This document shows positions 33,949 to 46,546 of a stretch of DNA of 64,000 bases, piece after piece. Origin of the DNA: Sphaerodactylus townsendi (lineage: Eukaryota); the NCBI RefSeq assembly GCF_021028975.2, contig NC_059439.1, positions 22,444,001 to 22,508,000 on the forward strand, in the 5' to 3' direction. The notes under the pieces were generated by a model, which worked only from the letters and a program-made list of their open reading frames with translations, was not told where the DNA came from and did no database searches. Position numbers and translations under genes: made by a program. Every line of letters begins with the position of its first letter. Within the stretch, counting starts at the first letter, position 1.

Positions 33949-35034
33949 ACTCTACAAGCCCCAGATTGCTAAAACAGCATCCTGCAATCCTGAGCAACCT
34001 CACTGATACCTACTGCTCTGATAGGAAAACCTGATGACATTTCTGTGAATGGCAGATATGGGCTCAGTCAATCACAATCTTCCATATTAGCCAAGGCCAT
34101 TAGATGCCATGCAGCCTTCTTTTATGCCATAAACTTTCCTGGAATTGCAGCACTGCTAACGAGAACATAGGAAAAAAAGACTTGCCAGCAATGCAACTCC
34201 ACAGGGCTAGTGGCTCAGGGCATATGGACAATCACCTGCTGATTCCAACAATCAACTCTCTCTGGCTGTTTCCTAAGACTACTTGGACTTTGGAGGCAGC
34301 TGGGAAGGCACAGAGCTCAATGTTAGACTATGAGCCGAGCATTCAAATCTGTGGCTTGGCATTTTGGGGGCTCAGGTTCAAAAGATCCAAAAAACCTGAA
34401 GTTTATTTTTAAAAAAGAAAAGTTGGGAGGTTGGCTTCTTTTGGAAATTTCCAGGTCTTTTAAACCCAAACCTGAGAAAATACTGAAAAAATGATTTACA
34501 CCCATAGTTTCTAATGTAGGGGTAATTACAGCACCTCCATACTTCCCCAAAATAAAAAAAAAAGCATTCTCCAATCATTTGCAGAGAACACACCTATCTT
34601 TCATGGCTGCCAAACCAGGCACAGAGCACCTGTTTTCACTCCCAGTTGTTTCAGATCTTTCCCTATTACAGGAATCAAATCTTGATTTTTCTGTGGCACC
34701 AGGAATGGCTATAGATTGTTTAAAGAGAAAAAACCCTAAAAGTAGGATTCATTCCATGGTTCTTCTATACATACAATCAATTCATATGAAAACGGATTTC
34801 TAATGTAGTATTTAATGTACAGCAAGTCAATGTTCATTAAGCTATCATTCCTGCATTCCACAATAAAAAGGCAAGTTGAAATAATGGGTTAAATTAGCAC
34901 TTTATTAATGACTGACTAGTCATAGCAATGCCACTTCACAGCTTCTTCAGTGTGGGGTACTGTAATTAATGGTAGTCAAATAGGCTACCCGCCTTCAGAT
35001 TAACTAGCTCACCAGATAAACACTTGTTATCCAG

Positions 35035-36180
35035 CTTTCACAGGTTGTGAACTTATTTCTAAGGAATCTCCACCAGCTGCTAAGAGTGTTAACAGCACAA
35101 AAATATCTTAAAGTAGTAATGGGGAAAATAACTCGGCTTGGCAATACTAGAGGCAGTTTGGGTAGGGATCTTTTAAGACTATGTATACCAGAAACGACTT
35201 GAAACGAATCTGCAGAGAATTCACAAAAGACCAAATTGCAGTTTAAATATTTTTATATAAATTTTGGTTGCAAATAATCATACAGCAAGAAGACAAGGCA
35301 CATACACACAGTTCCTAGTATATAGATAGGTAGGAAAATATAGGTGGGACAATAGAGTAGGAGTTTTGGGGAAGCAGGGGATTTATACATTACCTAAATC
35401 AGCTGAAGAAGATCTAGAAGAAGGCAAGGATTCAAATGACCAGCATCTGAATCCAGGCGAAGGACGAATTCGTGTCTCACACCAGCAAGACCAAGGGAGG
35501 TTCAGGTTAGAAATGAGCACTGGAGTTGGGGTGCACAGTACTTTTATACCCTTTTGCACAGGTAGGGGCGGGAACAGGTAAGTTTAAGTTTCATTTTCCT
35601 AAATTCTCTGGAATTTCCCATGCTGGGCTTGCTGGCTTGAGCTAATCAAAAGCTCATCTACTGTTGTAAGTACCCAGGACAATGGAGTCAATTGCTCTTA
35701 GATTAAATCAGGAAGCACAGAATGGCTTTATGCAGAATAACTCTTTGGAGCCTCCACTCAGGTTATTCAAATTGGGCTGAGGCTTGTGATTAGGAAGGGA
35801 TTGATTGGTTTTAGGAAAAGTGTATCAATGGGTTGAGGGAATGCAAGGAAGCAACCATTTGTTGCAGAACCATTTTATAAAAAGGTATAGTGAAATGTAA
35901 CATCAGATACCAAGGAGGTTTTCAGTGTCTATTGTGTCAAAGTAGTTCAGTGAGGTGTGGTAATCAAGATCATGTCCATAGTTAATGAGGCTTCCAGATT
36001 TCACGGGAGTAACTCATTCATTGATTTAATCTTCCTAAACAGAACTTTTGCCTGCGGCCTGCTTCTAAGTGGACACACTGCTACACACACAAAAATATGA
36101 GAGGTGGCTTCTGCCAATGTAGTTTAACAGGAAAATATTCTGAAATAATATATTTTGGGGTGTCAAGGGCAAGGATAACA
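35035..36180 (-). mobile_element. Solo LTR (same family as 4977) without matching TSD
   Basis: TGTTAT...ATAACA termini; reverse-complement homology to 4977-6137 and 49438-50344; flanks CACT vs CCTC. Confidence 0.85.
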
Positions 36181-36362
36181 CCTCCCACCAACACTTCTTC
36201 TCTTCTAAATGTAGTTTTTGCTATGATATATATGCTATAATCTTCCATTGCTCAATCCACTCATCTATAGCATGGGAAACAAATAGATCAAGACTGCATT
36301 AGTGAAGCTACTCCATGTGGGGCCTTTATCTAATCTCATCTCTAACAAAGTTGTTCTGTGAG
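36181..36362 (+). pseudogene. OR 3' remnant, paralogue of OR 26630
   Basis: cctcccaccaacacttcttctc...aacaaagttgttctgtga aligns to 27404-27583, with indels and a premature TAG. Confidence 0.88.
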
Positions 36363-36662
36363 AATGGATTTTTTAAATATTTATTCAGGAAGTGAATGCT
36401 TATCATGGTATCCAATTTCAAAACTTCAACATTCCTAGCGGGAAAATTCATTTGTGGGGAGTTTGCTGGGTGAGTAGAAGGAGGAATTCCTTCACTATTC
36501 CCCTTATGCTACACAGAAGGTCCTGGGTGCCTCTTTGGCCACTATCCAGAAGTCCCCTTGTCCTTCCACCTTGCACAGTGCATAGAACCTGTAGTTCTCC
36601 AGAATGATAGTTGGAGACTACAGAAATCTGTTCCCTGGAGGGAATGGCACCACCAGAGGAAG

Positions 36663-37250
36663 GAACATAAGAACATAAGAACATAAGAACTAGCCTGCTG
36701 GATCATACCAGAGTCCATCTAGTCCAGTACGCTGCTACTCGCAGTGGCCCACCAGGTGCCTTTCGGAGCTCACATGCAGGATGTGAAAGCAATGGCCTTC
36801 TGCTGCTGCTGCTGCTCCCGAGCACCTGGTCTGCTAAGGCATTTGCAATCTGAGATCAAGGAGGATCAAGATTGGTAGCCATAGATCGACTTCTCCTCTA
36901 TAAATCTGTCCAAGCCCTTTTTAAAGCTATCCAGGTTAGTGTCCATAACCACTTCCTGTGGCAGCATATTCCAAACACCAATCACACGTTGTGTGAAGAA
37001 GTGTTTCCTTTTATTAATCATAATTCTTCCCCCCAGCATTTTCAATGAATGCCCCCTGGTTCTAGTATTGTGAGAAAGAGAGAAAAATTTCTCTCTGTCA
37101 ACATTTTCTACCCCATGCATAATTTTATAGACTTCAATCATATTCCCCCCTCAGACATCTCCTCTCCAAACTAAAGAGTCCCAAACGCTGCAGCCTCTCC
37201 TCATAAGGAAGATGCTCCAATCCTTCAATCATCCTCGTTGCCCTTCTGTG
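36663..37250 (-). mobile_element. CR1 LINE 3' fragment
   Basis: [10 protein letters not shown]...TRGHSLK...WNMLPQEVV; (ttcttatg)n octamer tail. Confidence 0.9.
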
Positions 37251-37513
37251 CTATGGTAAACTCAAAGGACTCTGTGCTATGGAAAACTCGAAGAGAAACA
37301 AAACTCCAAGAGTAATATATTACCACTGAGATCTCTTCCCAGGTGCCACTCCAGGATTTCCAGGAATTTCCTAATCCAGAGTTGGCAACTTATTCTCAGA
37401 AAGTTGTGCCCTGCTAGCAGTGAAGCTCATGGCGTCCCTACAGTGGCATTGCAAGGTATGGCAATTTTCAGAACCATTATTTGCCAATTACATTAACACA
37501 AATGAGAAGTGCT

Positions 37514-37786
37514 TCTCATGGGGAAAATTACTAATTGCAAGAAGAGACAGATTTTTTTTTACCACTTGGAGATGCCAGAAAGACAACACATAAAATGATA
37601 TGAATGGACAGGTTCACCATGCACTCTGGACACTGGTGAATAAAAGGTATTACAAGTTGATAGACATCTGTATGGCCGTGTTCTAGCAGAACACGGCCAT
37701 ACAGCCCGGAAAGCACACAGCACCCAAGTGATTCCGGCCGTGAAAGCCTTCGACAAGATACTTATAAATTGGGTGATCAGGTAAGT
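37514..37786 (+). promoter_or_regulatory. Candidate promoter/first exon of OR 39385
   Basis: TCTCATGGGGA 37514 next to CTAATTG 37531; strong donor CAG|GTAAGT at 37781; acceptor at 39356. Confidence 0.5.
37668..37757 (+). mobile_element. Penelope-like element end with inverted tail
   Basis: agaacacggccatacagcccggaaa...gattccggccgtgaaagccttcgac, preceded by its own 17-bp inversion. Confidence 0.7.
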
Positions 37787-39384
37787 TAGTCTAACTTTCT
37801 ACATTAAAAAATGTTCACCTGGTATCATTTCTATTTTTAATTTCTTTTGCAACTACCATTACTAACAAAGCTGATGGACATCTCAATGACCAAGAATTTC
37901 CCACATGGTAATCAGGATACATTCACAGTTGCTCCACTTATTTTTGTTCTTGTGTATGCCTGCACTCATTTCCTCATTCAATCATATAAGCTGTAAGTGC
38001 ACATCTTACCAAATAATATTTTTTGAATGGGGCTTGTCCCTAGTTAGTATCTCAATGGGAGACAGTGAAGCAAGCCCAAGGATGCTATGAGGAGGCAGGG
38101 AATAGCAATTCACACAGTCCCTGGCAGATAATTTCCTACACCTCCACCTCCGATCTATAATTTATTATGCCAGATTAAGAGAGTCTTCTCACATGGAACG
38201 GCCAACAGAACAAAATGACTTTTTCCTATGGCACCGGGACCTACATGTAATCAATGCCATCTTAATCTTCTGGAACCCAGAGACTCATAATTTTTAATCA
38301 GGTATGGAAAAGAGGGGTCTGAGGGGCTTTATAGTACAGTGGGAAGAAACTCTGTTCTTTGATAATGAGCAAGGAGTAAAGAGCATATTTCACTCTACAA
38401 TGGAAAAGTTTTAGGTACAGGAGATACTTGAATGGAAAGCTTGAGAATTGCTTGTAATATTTACATTGGTCTGTGTTCCCTGCCTCTTAAATCAATATAA
38501 TGGAGAGCTGCAGAAGGGGGAGAAGGTTTAATTTCTTTCACATTTTGTTTTCCCTTTTTCTCAACGGTTTAAAACTTTTAGGGGATTTTGAAGAAAAGGT
38601 TTATGGGAGACATTGATTTGAGGCTCAAGAATATTGGAAAGACCTAACTGTACCACTAAATGGCATTACCGTAAAAGGAATAACATTTTATTTATGGAGG
38701 TGGGATAAAGGTGGAGAGGTATGCTGTTCACTGGGATGTAGTATGGTGATCCTAAGCATGCTGTCCACTCATGTGTTTTCTGAAGAGCCTTTATATTTTC
38801 AGGGAGAACCTATTTAAAAATAGTTGCTTCCATTGTAGTATGATACTCGACTTCAAATACCCCAATATTTTGTGGTGGTGCATACTACTTATTCTTCCAA
38901 TTTCAAAAGTGACCACAAGTTCACCTGGTTTAAGGATCCCTTGTCTAGCAGTTTGAGAGGTAAGCCAGATGCTTAAATTCAATATTTCCTGTAACACAGA
39001 GTCCTTTCCCATGGGCCACTAATACAAGTTTTAGAGAGTTATAGCAAACAAATCATGCAGAGTATATGTACACTCAGCATTACCATGTTATATACATATT
39101 ATATACATATACAATGTACACTCAGCATTACCATGTTAGATAATGTCAAATCCGGTTCAAGTCTAAAGACTGGAAAGGGGTGCATGTCCAAAGTTGACCA
39201 TCCCTTCATTTTGTCCTTATTCACAATGTTTAGATAATTCTAAAGGATTTCCATTATATCCCGGTTCAACACTGGATTACCTGGGGAACTGGATTCAAAG
39301 AACAAAAAATAATAGTGATTAACTGTTAATACAGCCTTCTCTATTTTGACCAACAGGGAACCCGCAGCAAAATAAAGAGGCCAA

Positions 39385-40317
39385 ATGAACAACCTAACCT
39401 CTGTTTCTGAATTTTTGCTCTTGGGATTTTCAGACATTCAAGAACTACAGATCTTAAACTTCTTTGTGTTTGTGGCAATGTATTTGGCAGCACTGACTGG
39501 TAATCTTCTCATTATTGTAGCTGTAGCCCTTGACCATCACTTGCATACCCCCATGTACTTCTTCCTTGTGAACTTGGCTACTGTGGACCTTGGCTTAATT
39601 TCTACTCTTGTACCCAAGGCTATGACCAATTCCATCATGAACAGCAGGTCCATTTCTTATTTTGGATGTGCAGCTCAAGTATTCATGTATCTTCTTTTTG
39701 CTGCTTCTGATTTTTTCTTTCTAATTATAATGGCACATGATCGCTATGTTGCTATTTGCAATCCATTTCAATATGAGACACTTATGCACAAAGGAGCTTG
39801 CATTCGGATGGCAGTTGGAGCATGGATTAGTGGCATCCTCTATGCCATATTGCACACTGGTGGCACTTTTGCCAACACCTTCTGCTCCAATATCATCAAT
39901 CAGTTCTTCTGTGAAATCCCACAGTTACTGAAGCTGTCTTGCTCTGACTTTTATCTGGTTGAAATTGGCCTACTTATTTTTAGCTTTGTCATAGCCGTGG
40001 GATGCTTTACCTTCATTGTTTTAACTTACGTCAACATCTTTGCAACCTTACTCAGAATCCCTTCAGTGAAGGGTCAGAAAAAAGCCCTCTCCACTTGCAT
40101 TCCTCACCTCACCGTTGTATCTCTGCTTCTTTTCACTGCATTGTTTGCTTATGGAAAGCCCCCTGCTAACACATCATCTGATCTTGATATCGTATTCTCA
40201 GTAATCTATACTATACTCCCTCCATTGCTCAATCCATTCATCTATACCATGAGAAACAAAGCAATGAAATGTGCTTTGTTGAAATTGTTCAGTTCTGAGC
40301 ATTTCTGTAATCACTAA
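39385..40317 (+). CDS. Olfactory receptor, family-14-like
   Basis: MNNLT, LHTPMYFFL, MAHDRYVAICNPF, KALSTCIPHL, PPLLNPFIYTMRN; 310 aa. Confidence 0.96.
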   Translation: MNNLTSVSEFLLLGFSDIQELQILNFFVFVAMYLAALTGNLLIIVAVALDHHLHTPMYFFLVNLATVDLGLISTLVPKAMTNSIMNSRSISYFGCAAQVFMYLLFAASDFFFLIIMAHDRYVAICNPFQYETLMHKGACIRMAVGAWISGILYAILHTGGTFANTFCSNIINQFFCEIPQLLKLSCSDFYLVEIGLLIFSFVIAVGCFTFIVLTYVNIFATLLRIPSVKGQKKALSTCIPHLTVVSLLLFTALFAYGKPPANTSSDLDIVFSVIYTILPPLLNPFIYTMRNKAMKCALLKLFSSEHFCNH

Positions 40318-40439
40318 CAAAACTATTCCATGACATTGGGACTGTACAGTCTACTTCATCTTTATGTTTGTCTCAAATGTTTTTCAACCTTGACTTGTAA
40401 ACATTGCTGTATATAAGAAACATTGATTGCAACTGAATC

Positions 40440-40612
40440 NNNNNNNNNNNNNNNNNNNNNNNNNNNNNNNNNNNNNNNNNNNNNNNNNNNNNNNNNNNNN
40501 NNNNNNNNNNNNNNNNNNNNNNNNNNNNNNNNNNNNNNNNNNNNNNNNNNNNNNNNNNNNNNNNNNNNNNNNNNNNNNNNNNNNNNNNNNNNNNNNNNNN
40601 NNNNNNNNNNNN
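40440..40612. other. Assembly gap
   Basis: N-run, followed by (ttcc)n low-complexity 40613-40706. Confidence 1.
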
Positions 40613-41408
40613 ATTTCCTTCCTTCCCTTCCTTTCGCTTCCTTCCTTCCTTCCCTTCCCTTCCTTCCCTTCCTTCCTTCGCTACCTTCCTTCCTTCCTTC
40701 CTTCCTGTGTTCCTTGGCTATTTAGCTTGCTTCTCCTGTGTTTAAACCAGGTAACTTTTTCCCACGGTGTACAGAATATAATTAATTATTACATCCGAAG
40801 CCATGCATAACAGGAGGGCCAGTAACTTATGAAAAAAAGAGGTTAATTGGAGTTGCTCTACTGGTCCCTGAAACTAGATCTGAGAACCATACAGAATATT
40901 GGGTAATATCAAGGCATTACAAGCTTTTACGAGGGCAGATTTGAAAATTTGGTTAAGGTTGGATTTTCAGACCCAATTCACTTTTCCTGCAGCTACACTG
41001 CAGCTGAGGGAAATGTAATTATTAAAGCCTGCAGAAGTTATTTTTCTAGGGGTGGGGTGGGTCTCCTGCCTTCCCTACAACTTTTTGTCCTGAGTCAGAA
41101 AGGCCCTGTTGGGGTTTGTTTTCATAACTTCAGAGCTACATGGGCTCAGAATACTTCTTCAGCAACTCCAAATTGATGCAAGTACCTCTTCAAGGAGGCC
41201 TTTCTGGCTTAAGAAAAAGTGTATGCAGGCAGGGTTGAGCCCTTACTTACAAGCCAGCTCTATTTCCAATTAGGGGGAAAAAACCATTGGAAACTAAGAT
41301 CTGGACTCAACTCTTGGATGATCTGGGAAGCCTGGTACTTCATTTGCTCTCATCTTCCCGTTGTGCATGGGCCTCATACATTGTAATGTGACAACTGATT
41401 CTGCGTTT

Positions 41409-42050
41409 AGATGTGCAGATGCTTATCTGGTAAATAACTACTGGACACATCTTGGAATCGAATGGGCTGCAGCCCTTTTTATTAATAACGTCCTTAACAG
41501 AAGCTGGGCATCAAGAGGAGCACATCCATTTTGCGGCTGGTCAGCACCCCTGGCTGACTCTGGCACCAACCCCAACCCCTATTGGGGAGGACAGAGAGGT
41601 ATATGGCCATTGGGGCAGGCACCCTTTGTGGCCCCTAACTGCTGGGGTGTCAGGCTCAACTTGCAGATGCCTCCGCGGCATGCCCATGAGCCTGCCCCAC
41701 CTCAAGTCTCTTAAGGAGGCCCCCTACCACGAGTAGGTCCATCACTTAAGCTCAGCCTCCTCACAGGGATGTGACCCTCGCCCAAATCACCAGGGCTGCA
41801 ATGAATAAAGTAGCCTACCCAACCCTTAAATTTAGGGAGGGTGGGTGGGTCAGTTTTGCTCCATGCATCAAAAGAGGCCAGAGCAACCGTGTGCTGCCTA
41901 ATATATAGGGAGCGCGCTCCACCCTTTTCACACATGCACATCATGCGATCAGGGCTGGGTGTGGCTCAGCTACTCAGCTGGCCCAGGGCACGCATGCTCC
42001 CCGCTTTGGTGCTCTCTCTGTGCCCTGTCCCCTTTCACAATTATGACCCA
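41409..42050 (-). mobile_element. Single unit of the 198-969 repeat family
   Basis: agatgtgcagatgct start and colinear similarity to 199-~830. Confidence 0.7.
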
Positions 42051-42109
42051 GTTGACTCTAGTGCCGTTTTTTCCTTCTTACACATTCAGTTTCACCATCC
42101 CAAGTGTTG

Positions 42110-42725
42110 ATCATATTTTTTTTCCTTAGGAAGGTAAATCTATAAGGCTTCAAAAACATTTTTTTGCTCATGTTTTGTTTAGTTGCTCTTTCCTTTAAAA
42201 CTGTACCAATCATTCCATTTTATTTGCATATCAGTTGTGTAATAATAGTGTGTGTTTATGTAATAAAATGATTTAATACTTGCATCTCAATTGCATAAAT
42301 TCCATAAAAAGAACAAAATAATAAACAACAATAAGGAAAATATGGGAGACTGAAATATGGGAGACTAAAAGAAATGACATGGACATTTTAGGTTTTTTCC
42401 AGTTTTATGGTATGATTTTATTGTATTTTATTTGGTTTCATTATTCTTGGTTTTATTGCATTTTATTGCATTTTGCAAGCTGCCTTGAATAAGACTATAG
42501 AAGGGTGGGCTATAAATACTTTTAATACAGGCAGGTAGGAGGACAGGTGAATCCAGGAGGGAGCCAGCAATGTGTGAGACAGGCACATCTGTGTGCACCT
42601 CCAGCTACCACCTAGATGCTGAGTCCTCCGGTGGCAGCCTAGCTCACTCCTGCACCAACCTGGGGAGAGAGGCAGCTGCAGGTGACTGATGGTGGCAACA
42701 GATGCATATGGGGGGCACAGGCTTC
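42110..42725. repeat. Duplicated block (paralogue ~48290-49020)
   Basis: ttttccttagga..gtaaatctat through ggcacaggcttc are colinear. Confidence 0.8.
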
Positions 42726-42776
42726 TAGGTAGTCTTACAGGAAGCAAAAAATGTCCAAATAAAACACACACACAAA

Positions 42777-42779
<3 letters not shown>

Positions 42780-42824
<45 letters not shown>
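42780..42824. repeat. (GA)n microsatellite
   Basis: Direct reading. Confidence 0.95.
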
Positions 42825-42827
<3 letters not shown>

Positions 42828-43611
42828 AGCTTAAAATTTAGAATTGTAAGCCTATTTTCAAAACTGTTGTGGGATCTTTCACTTGGGTTTGTCCTGACAT
42901 AATGGAATACCATGACAGACTTAGTTCTTGATAAGATTTATTTGTTCTTGCTTCATGCACAGCCATGCTGCACTAATAGCCCATTTAGGCCAGTTACAAA
43001 AATTGGAAGCGATAATACAGCAGAGGGGGAAAAAACTTTGGCATTGATTGGCACTTTTGTGAGGTGAGCTCTTGGGACTCGGTTGCCAAGAACAGATCAC
43101 ACCTTAAGTTCTGCCTCATTCCCATAGCCTTTTTGATTATGATTGGACAGAAATTAAGAGAATACATGGTAGCAAAACCTCTCTGGAATGGCATGAGCAA
43201 ATGGATACTTGGATTTAAGCAGCTGAAGCAGGAACCAGAACTGACCCTCTCTCTTTTGTCTCATGTAATTAATGAGATATATTCATTAGTCCAAATCCAC
43301 ATCAAGAATGAAGATATAATATTTGATGTCTTGATGCTACAGTAAAAACTGAGACGGTGAAAGCACTGGAGAAGAAAGAGCACTTCAAGGTACTTGTTCA
43401 TGTTTTATATTGGGAATTTAGTGTGTGAGTGTAGAATGATTACAGAAAAATTCAGAGAGATTATTTCCAGTATTTAACAATCTATCATTATATTATCTGG
43501 ACGTGTTCCATGCATCCCAAATCTTTTGAAAAATATTAAATTAACATTTACAGAAACTGGTCTAGTTCCCACAGTGCCAGACTTCTTATTTCTTATTCAT
43601 GGGATCTATAT

Positions 43612-44153
43612 CAGTGATGGCGAACCTTTTCGAGACCGAGTGCCCAAACTGCAACCCAAAACCCACTTATTTATCGCAAACTGCCAACACGGCAATTTAA
43701 CCTGAATACTGAGGTTTTAGTTTAGAAAAAATGGTTGGCTATGAGGCGTGCATTACTCGGGAGTAAGCTTGGTGGTAGAGGGTGGCTTTGCTTTGAAGCA
43801 ACCGTGCAACTCTTCGAACGGGTGCATCACGACCCTAGGAGGGTTTACTCAGAAGCAAGCCCCATTGCCAGCAACTGAGCTTACTCCCAGGTAAAGGATC
43901 ACACTTTAATTCTTCCCATGAAAATCAGTGGGGTTTAACAACGCTTAACAGGGTTACCTACACTGCTTCCCCAAAACTAGGTCTTAGGTTTAATGCTAAT
44001 AATCGAGCCCAGCAGCCCAGGCCAACCTAGATGAGTGTGTGTGTGTGGGGGGGTGATTTCCCCCCCCCACATGATGAACTCTGTTTGTGAGTGCCCAAAG
44101 AGAGGGCTCTGAGTGCCACCTCTGGCACCCGTGCCATAGGTTCGCCACCACTG
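43612..44153. mobile_element. Non-autonomous hAT element
   Basis: TIR cagtgatggcgaacc / ggttcgccaccactg; TSD atctatat/atctatag. Confidence 0.9.
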
Positions 44154-44819
44154 ATCTATAGCCATATCAATCAAGCTTGGTAATTTGACTTCCAAAAATG
44201 GAAAAGAGGCAAAGGGCTTTCAAAACATACAGGTTTGCTCAGAATAAAGTGGAGAGAGAACATATTTAAGACTTCGTAGCTGAATTGCAGAATAAACCTG
44301 AAAGGAATGGTTAGTGTTGTCTAAAGAGGAGAAAACATGTTCTTTTCTTTCCAATTAGAGGGGTGGGGGTTACCCAGATTCTTGGAAGATCGTGAGTGAG
44401 CGATGATCTTTGGGGAAGACAGAGTCTGCTCTTGGTTCCCAAGGGTGCCTGATTATGAATGGCTAGAGAAAACAGCCTTTTTAATTTCACTGGTTCTACT
44501 GACCACTTGTATTAGAATATGGAGCTGGAAAAGTCCTGTTTGGGTTAAAGCTTCCAAGGGGTGCTTGAGAGTCTTCCTGGAAATGAGAAACCAACCAGTT
44601 ACCAGACTAAGGTAATACTAAGAAGGCAGAGGACTAGGTTGGGTGGTTGACAATGCATTAAAGTCTGCTTCTCTTGGTGACTGTAGATGCCTGATTTCAT
44701 TTGGGGTGAAACTGATCATTTGGAAATTCTAAAAGAAGAGGCAGCATTCACAGACATTAGCCTGGTTGAGTAAAGAAATTTACACATGTCCAAGACCGGT
44801 AATTAAATACACTACCACA

Positions 44820-45022
44820 TCATTGTTGTTGTAACTGTTTTTGTCCGCTGCTTAAATGGTTTTAATGGTTTTAATGGTTTTAATGGTTTTAATGGATTTT
44901 AGTGTATTTGGTCACCATTGTGACCCTTGTTATAGTGTATATAATGTTGTACACCGCCCAGAGCCCCCCAGGGATTGGGCGGTTTATAAATTCAAATAAT
45001 AAATAAATTAAAATAAAATAAA
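44820..45022 (+). mobile_element. L2 3' UTR fragment
   Basis: (aatggtttt)n, stem-loop ccgcccagagcc..gggcgg, A-rich tail. Confidence 0.7.
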
Positions 45023-45204
45023 AGCTTTCCAGGATTGTGTTGTCATATTAGTTCCATATACAGTTTGCAAATCTTAATTCAGAACAAGTAAGCTAAAAAG
45101 TGGGGTCCCTAGTGTCCCATTTTGCTTCTCCAGTCTGACAGGGATGGTTTCCAAATAACTGATCACCATGTTAATGTGTTGGCAGAAAGGAGGGAGAGCT
45201 GTCA

Positions 45205-46097
45205 ATGGTTAATGAAGGGAATACTATGGATGCAATATACCTTGATTTTAGTAAGGCCTTTGATAAGATGCCCCATGATATTCTTGTGAATGAGCTAGAA
45301 AGATGTGGACTAAACAATGCAACTGTTGGATGGATTTGTAACTGGCCGAACACAAAGGGTACTCATCAATGGCTCCTTTTCATCCTGGAGAGATGTAGTG
45401 GAGTGCCACAGGAATCTATCCTGGCTATTCAATATTTTTTATCAGTGACTTTGATAATGCAAAGAGGACATATTAATCAAATTTGCAGATGATACTAAAT
45501 TAGGAGGGGTAGCTAATACCCTGGAGGACAGGGGAAGGATTCAAAATGATCTGAGCAGATTAGAGAGCTGAGCCAAAATTAACAACATGAATTGCAATTG
45601 AGATAAACATAAGATTCTTAGGCAGAAAAAAATGAAATGCTCAGATATAGAATGGGTGACACCTGGCTTGACAACACTACATGTGAAAGGGAGCTGGGAG
45701 TCTTAGTAGACCACAAACTGAACATGTACCATCATCAGTATGATATGGTAGTCAAGAAAGCCAATGCAATTCCGGGATGCATCAATAAGAGTATAGTGTC
45801 TAGATCGGGGGAAGTAATTGTACCACTCCACTCTTCATTGGCCAGACCTCACCTAGAATACTGTGTTCAGTTCTGGGCACCGCACTTTAAGAAGAATATT
45901 GATAAGCTGGACCATCAGGGCTTTTCGACAGTGGAATTCACTGCCTCAGAGAGTTATGAAGTCTCCTTCGTTGGAGATTTTTAAACAGAGGCTGGATGAA
46001 CATATTTTGGGAATGCTTTGATTGTGTCATCGGGAATGGCAGGTGATTGGACTTGATGGCCCTTAAGATCTCTTCTAACTCTATGATTCTATGATTC
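45205..46097 (+). mobile_element. CR1 LINE RT fragment with internal deletion
   Basis: DAIYLDFSKAFD, FADDTKL-like, RPHLEYCVQFWAP; (attctatg)n tail. Confidence 0.9.
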
Positions 46098-46546
46098 AAT
46101 AATGCAGCAACAGCTTTTACTTGTGGAGCTGGATAAGGGTTCAGAAAGCTCCCCACTGTGAATACATATGCAAGCAAAAGTAGGACATGAGTCTTTCTGT
46201 GAGTTCTGGAACCATTCCAGATCACATTTCCAGACTCTTTGGGCATGGAGGGTGTAAAAGCTTATGTCTCAGAGATCTCACTTGTGCATGCAACCAGTGA
46301 GATGCTGGATCAGCCATACAGTGGACCTTTGTGCTAACAATTCCGTACTTTGCTCGTTCAACACAACACTAGCTATGTGGTGAAGATACTCAAGCAAGGT
46401 ATCTTGATGAACTATTCACTGATATTTCATAACTGTGCAACCAGAAGAAATCTGCACTAAGTAGAGCAGAGTTGGATTCTAGGCGGATCTGCTAAGGAGT
46501 GTCCTCTAAAACTCTTTCTCTATCTAGCCCTACAGGTAACCTGCTA

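Larger units (their letters stand above)
29300..34220. repeat. Segmental duplication unit B (paralogue ~54790-58615; partial third copy ~34790-35034)
   Basis: Colinear high similarity across 3' flank, OR CDS, intron and upstream region. Confidence 0.9.

Noticed and set aside
35004-35234. Repeated small ORF MVFCEFSAD.. (also 50250)
   Set aside because: Both lie in copies of the same LTR and start at TTG.
38250-38800. Possible ancient L1 fragment (also 63660-64000)
   Set aside because: Only compositional hints; too degenerate to support without an HMM search.
40423-40810. ORFs containing X runs (also 50250, 58001, 60163)
   Set aside because: Artefacts of translating through N gaps.
46499-46546. 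Extended OR N-termini from ORF track (also 9112, 15963)
   Set aside because: Use GTG/TTG starts, and 46499 crosses the splice acceptor; the first in-frame ATGs were used instead.
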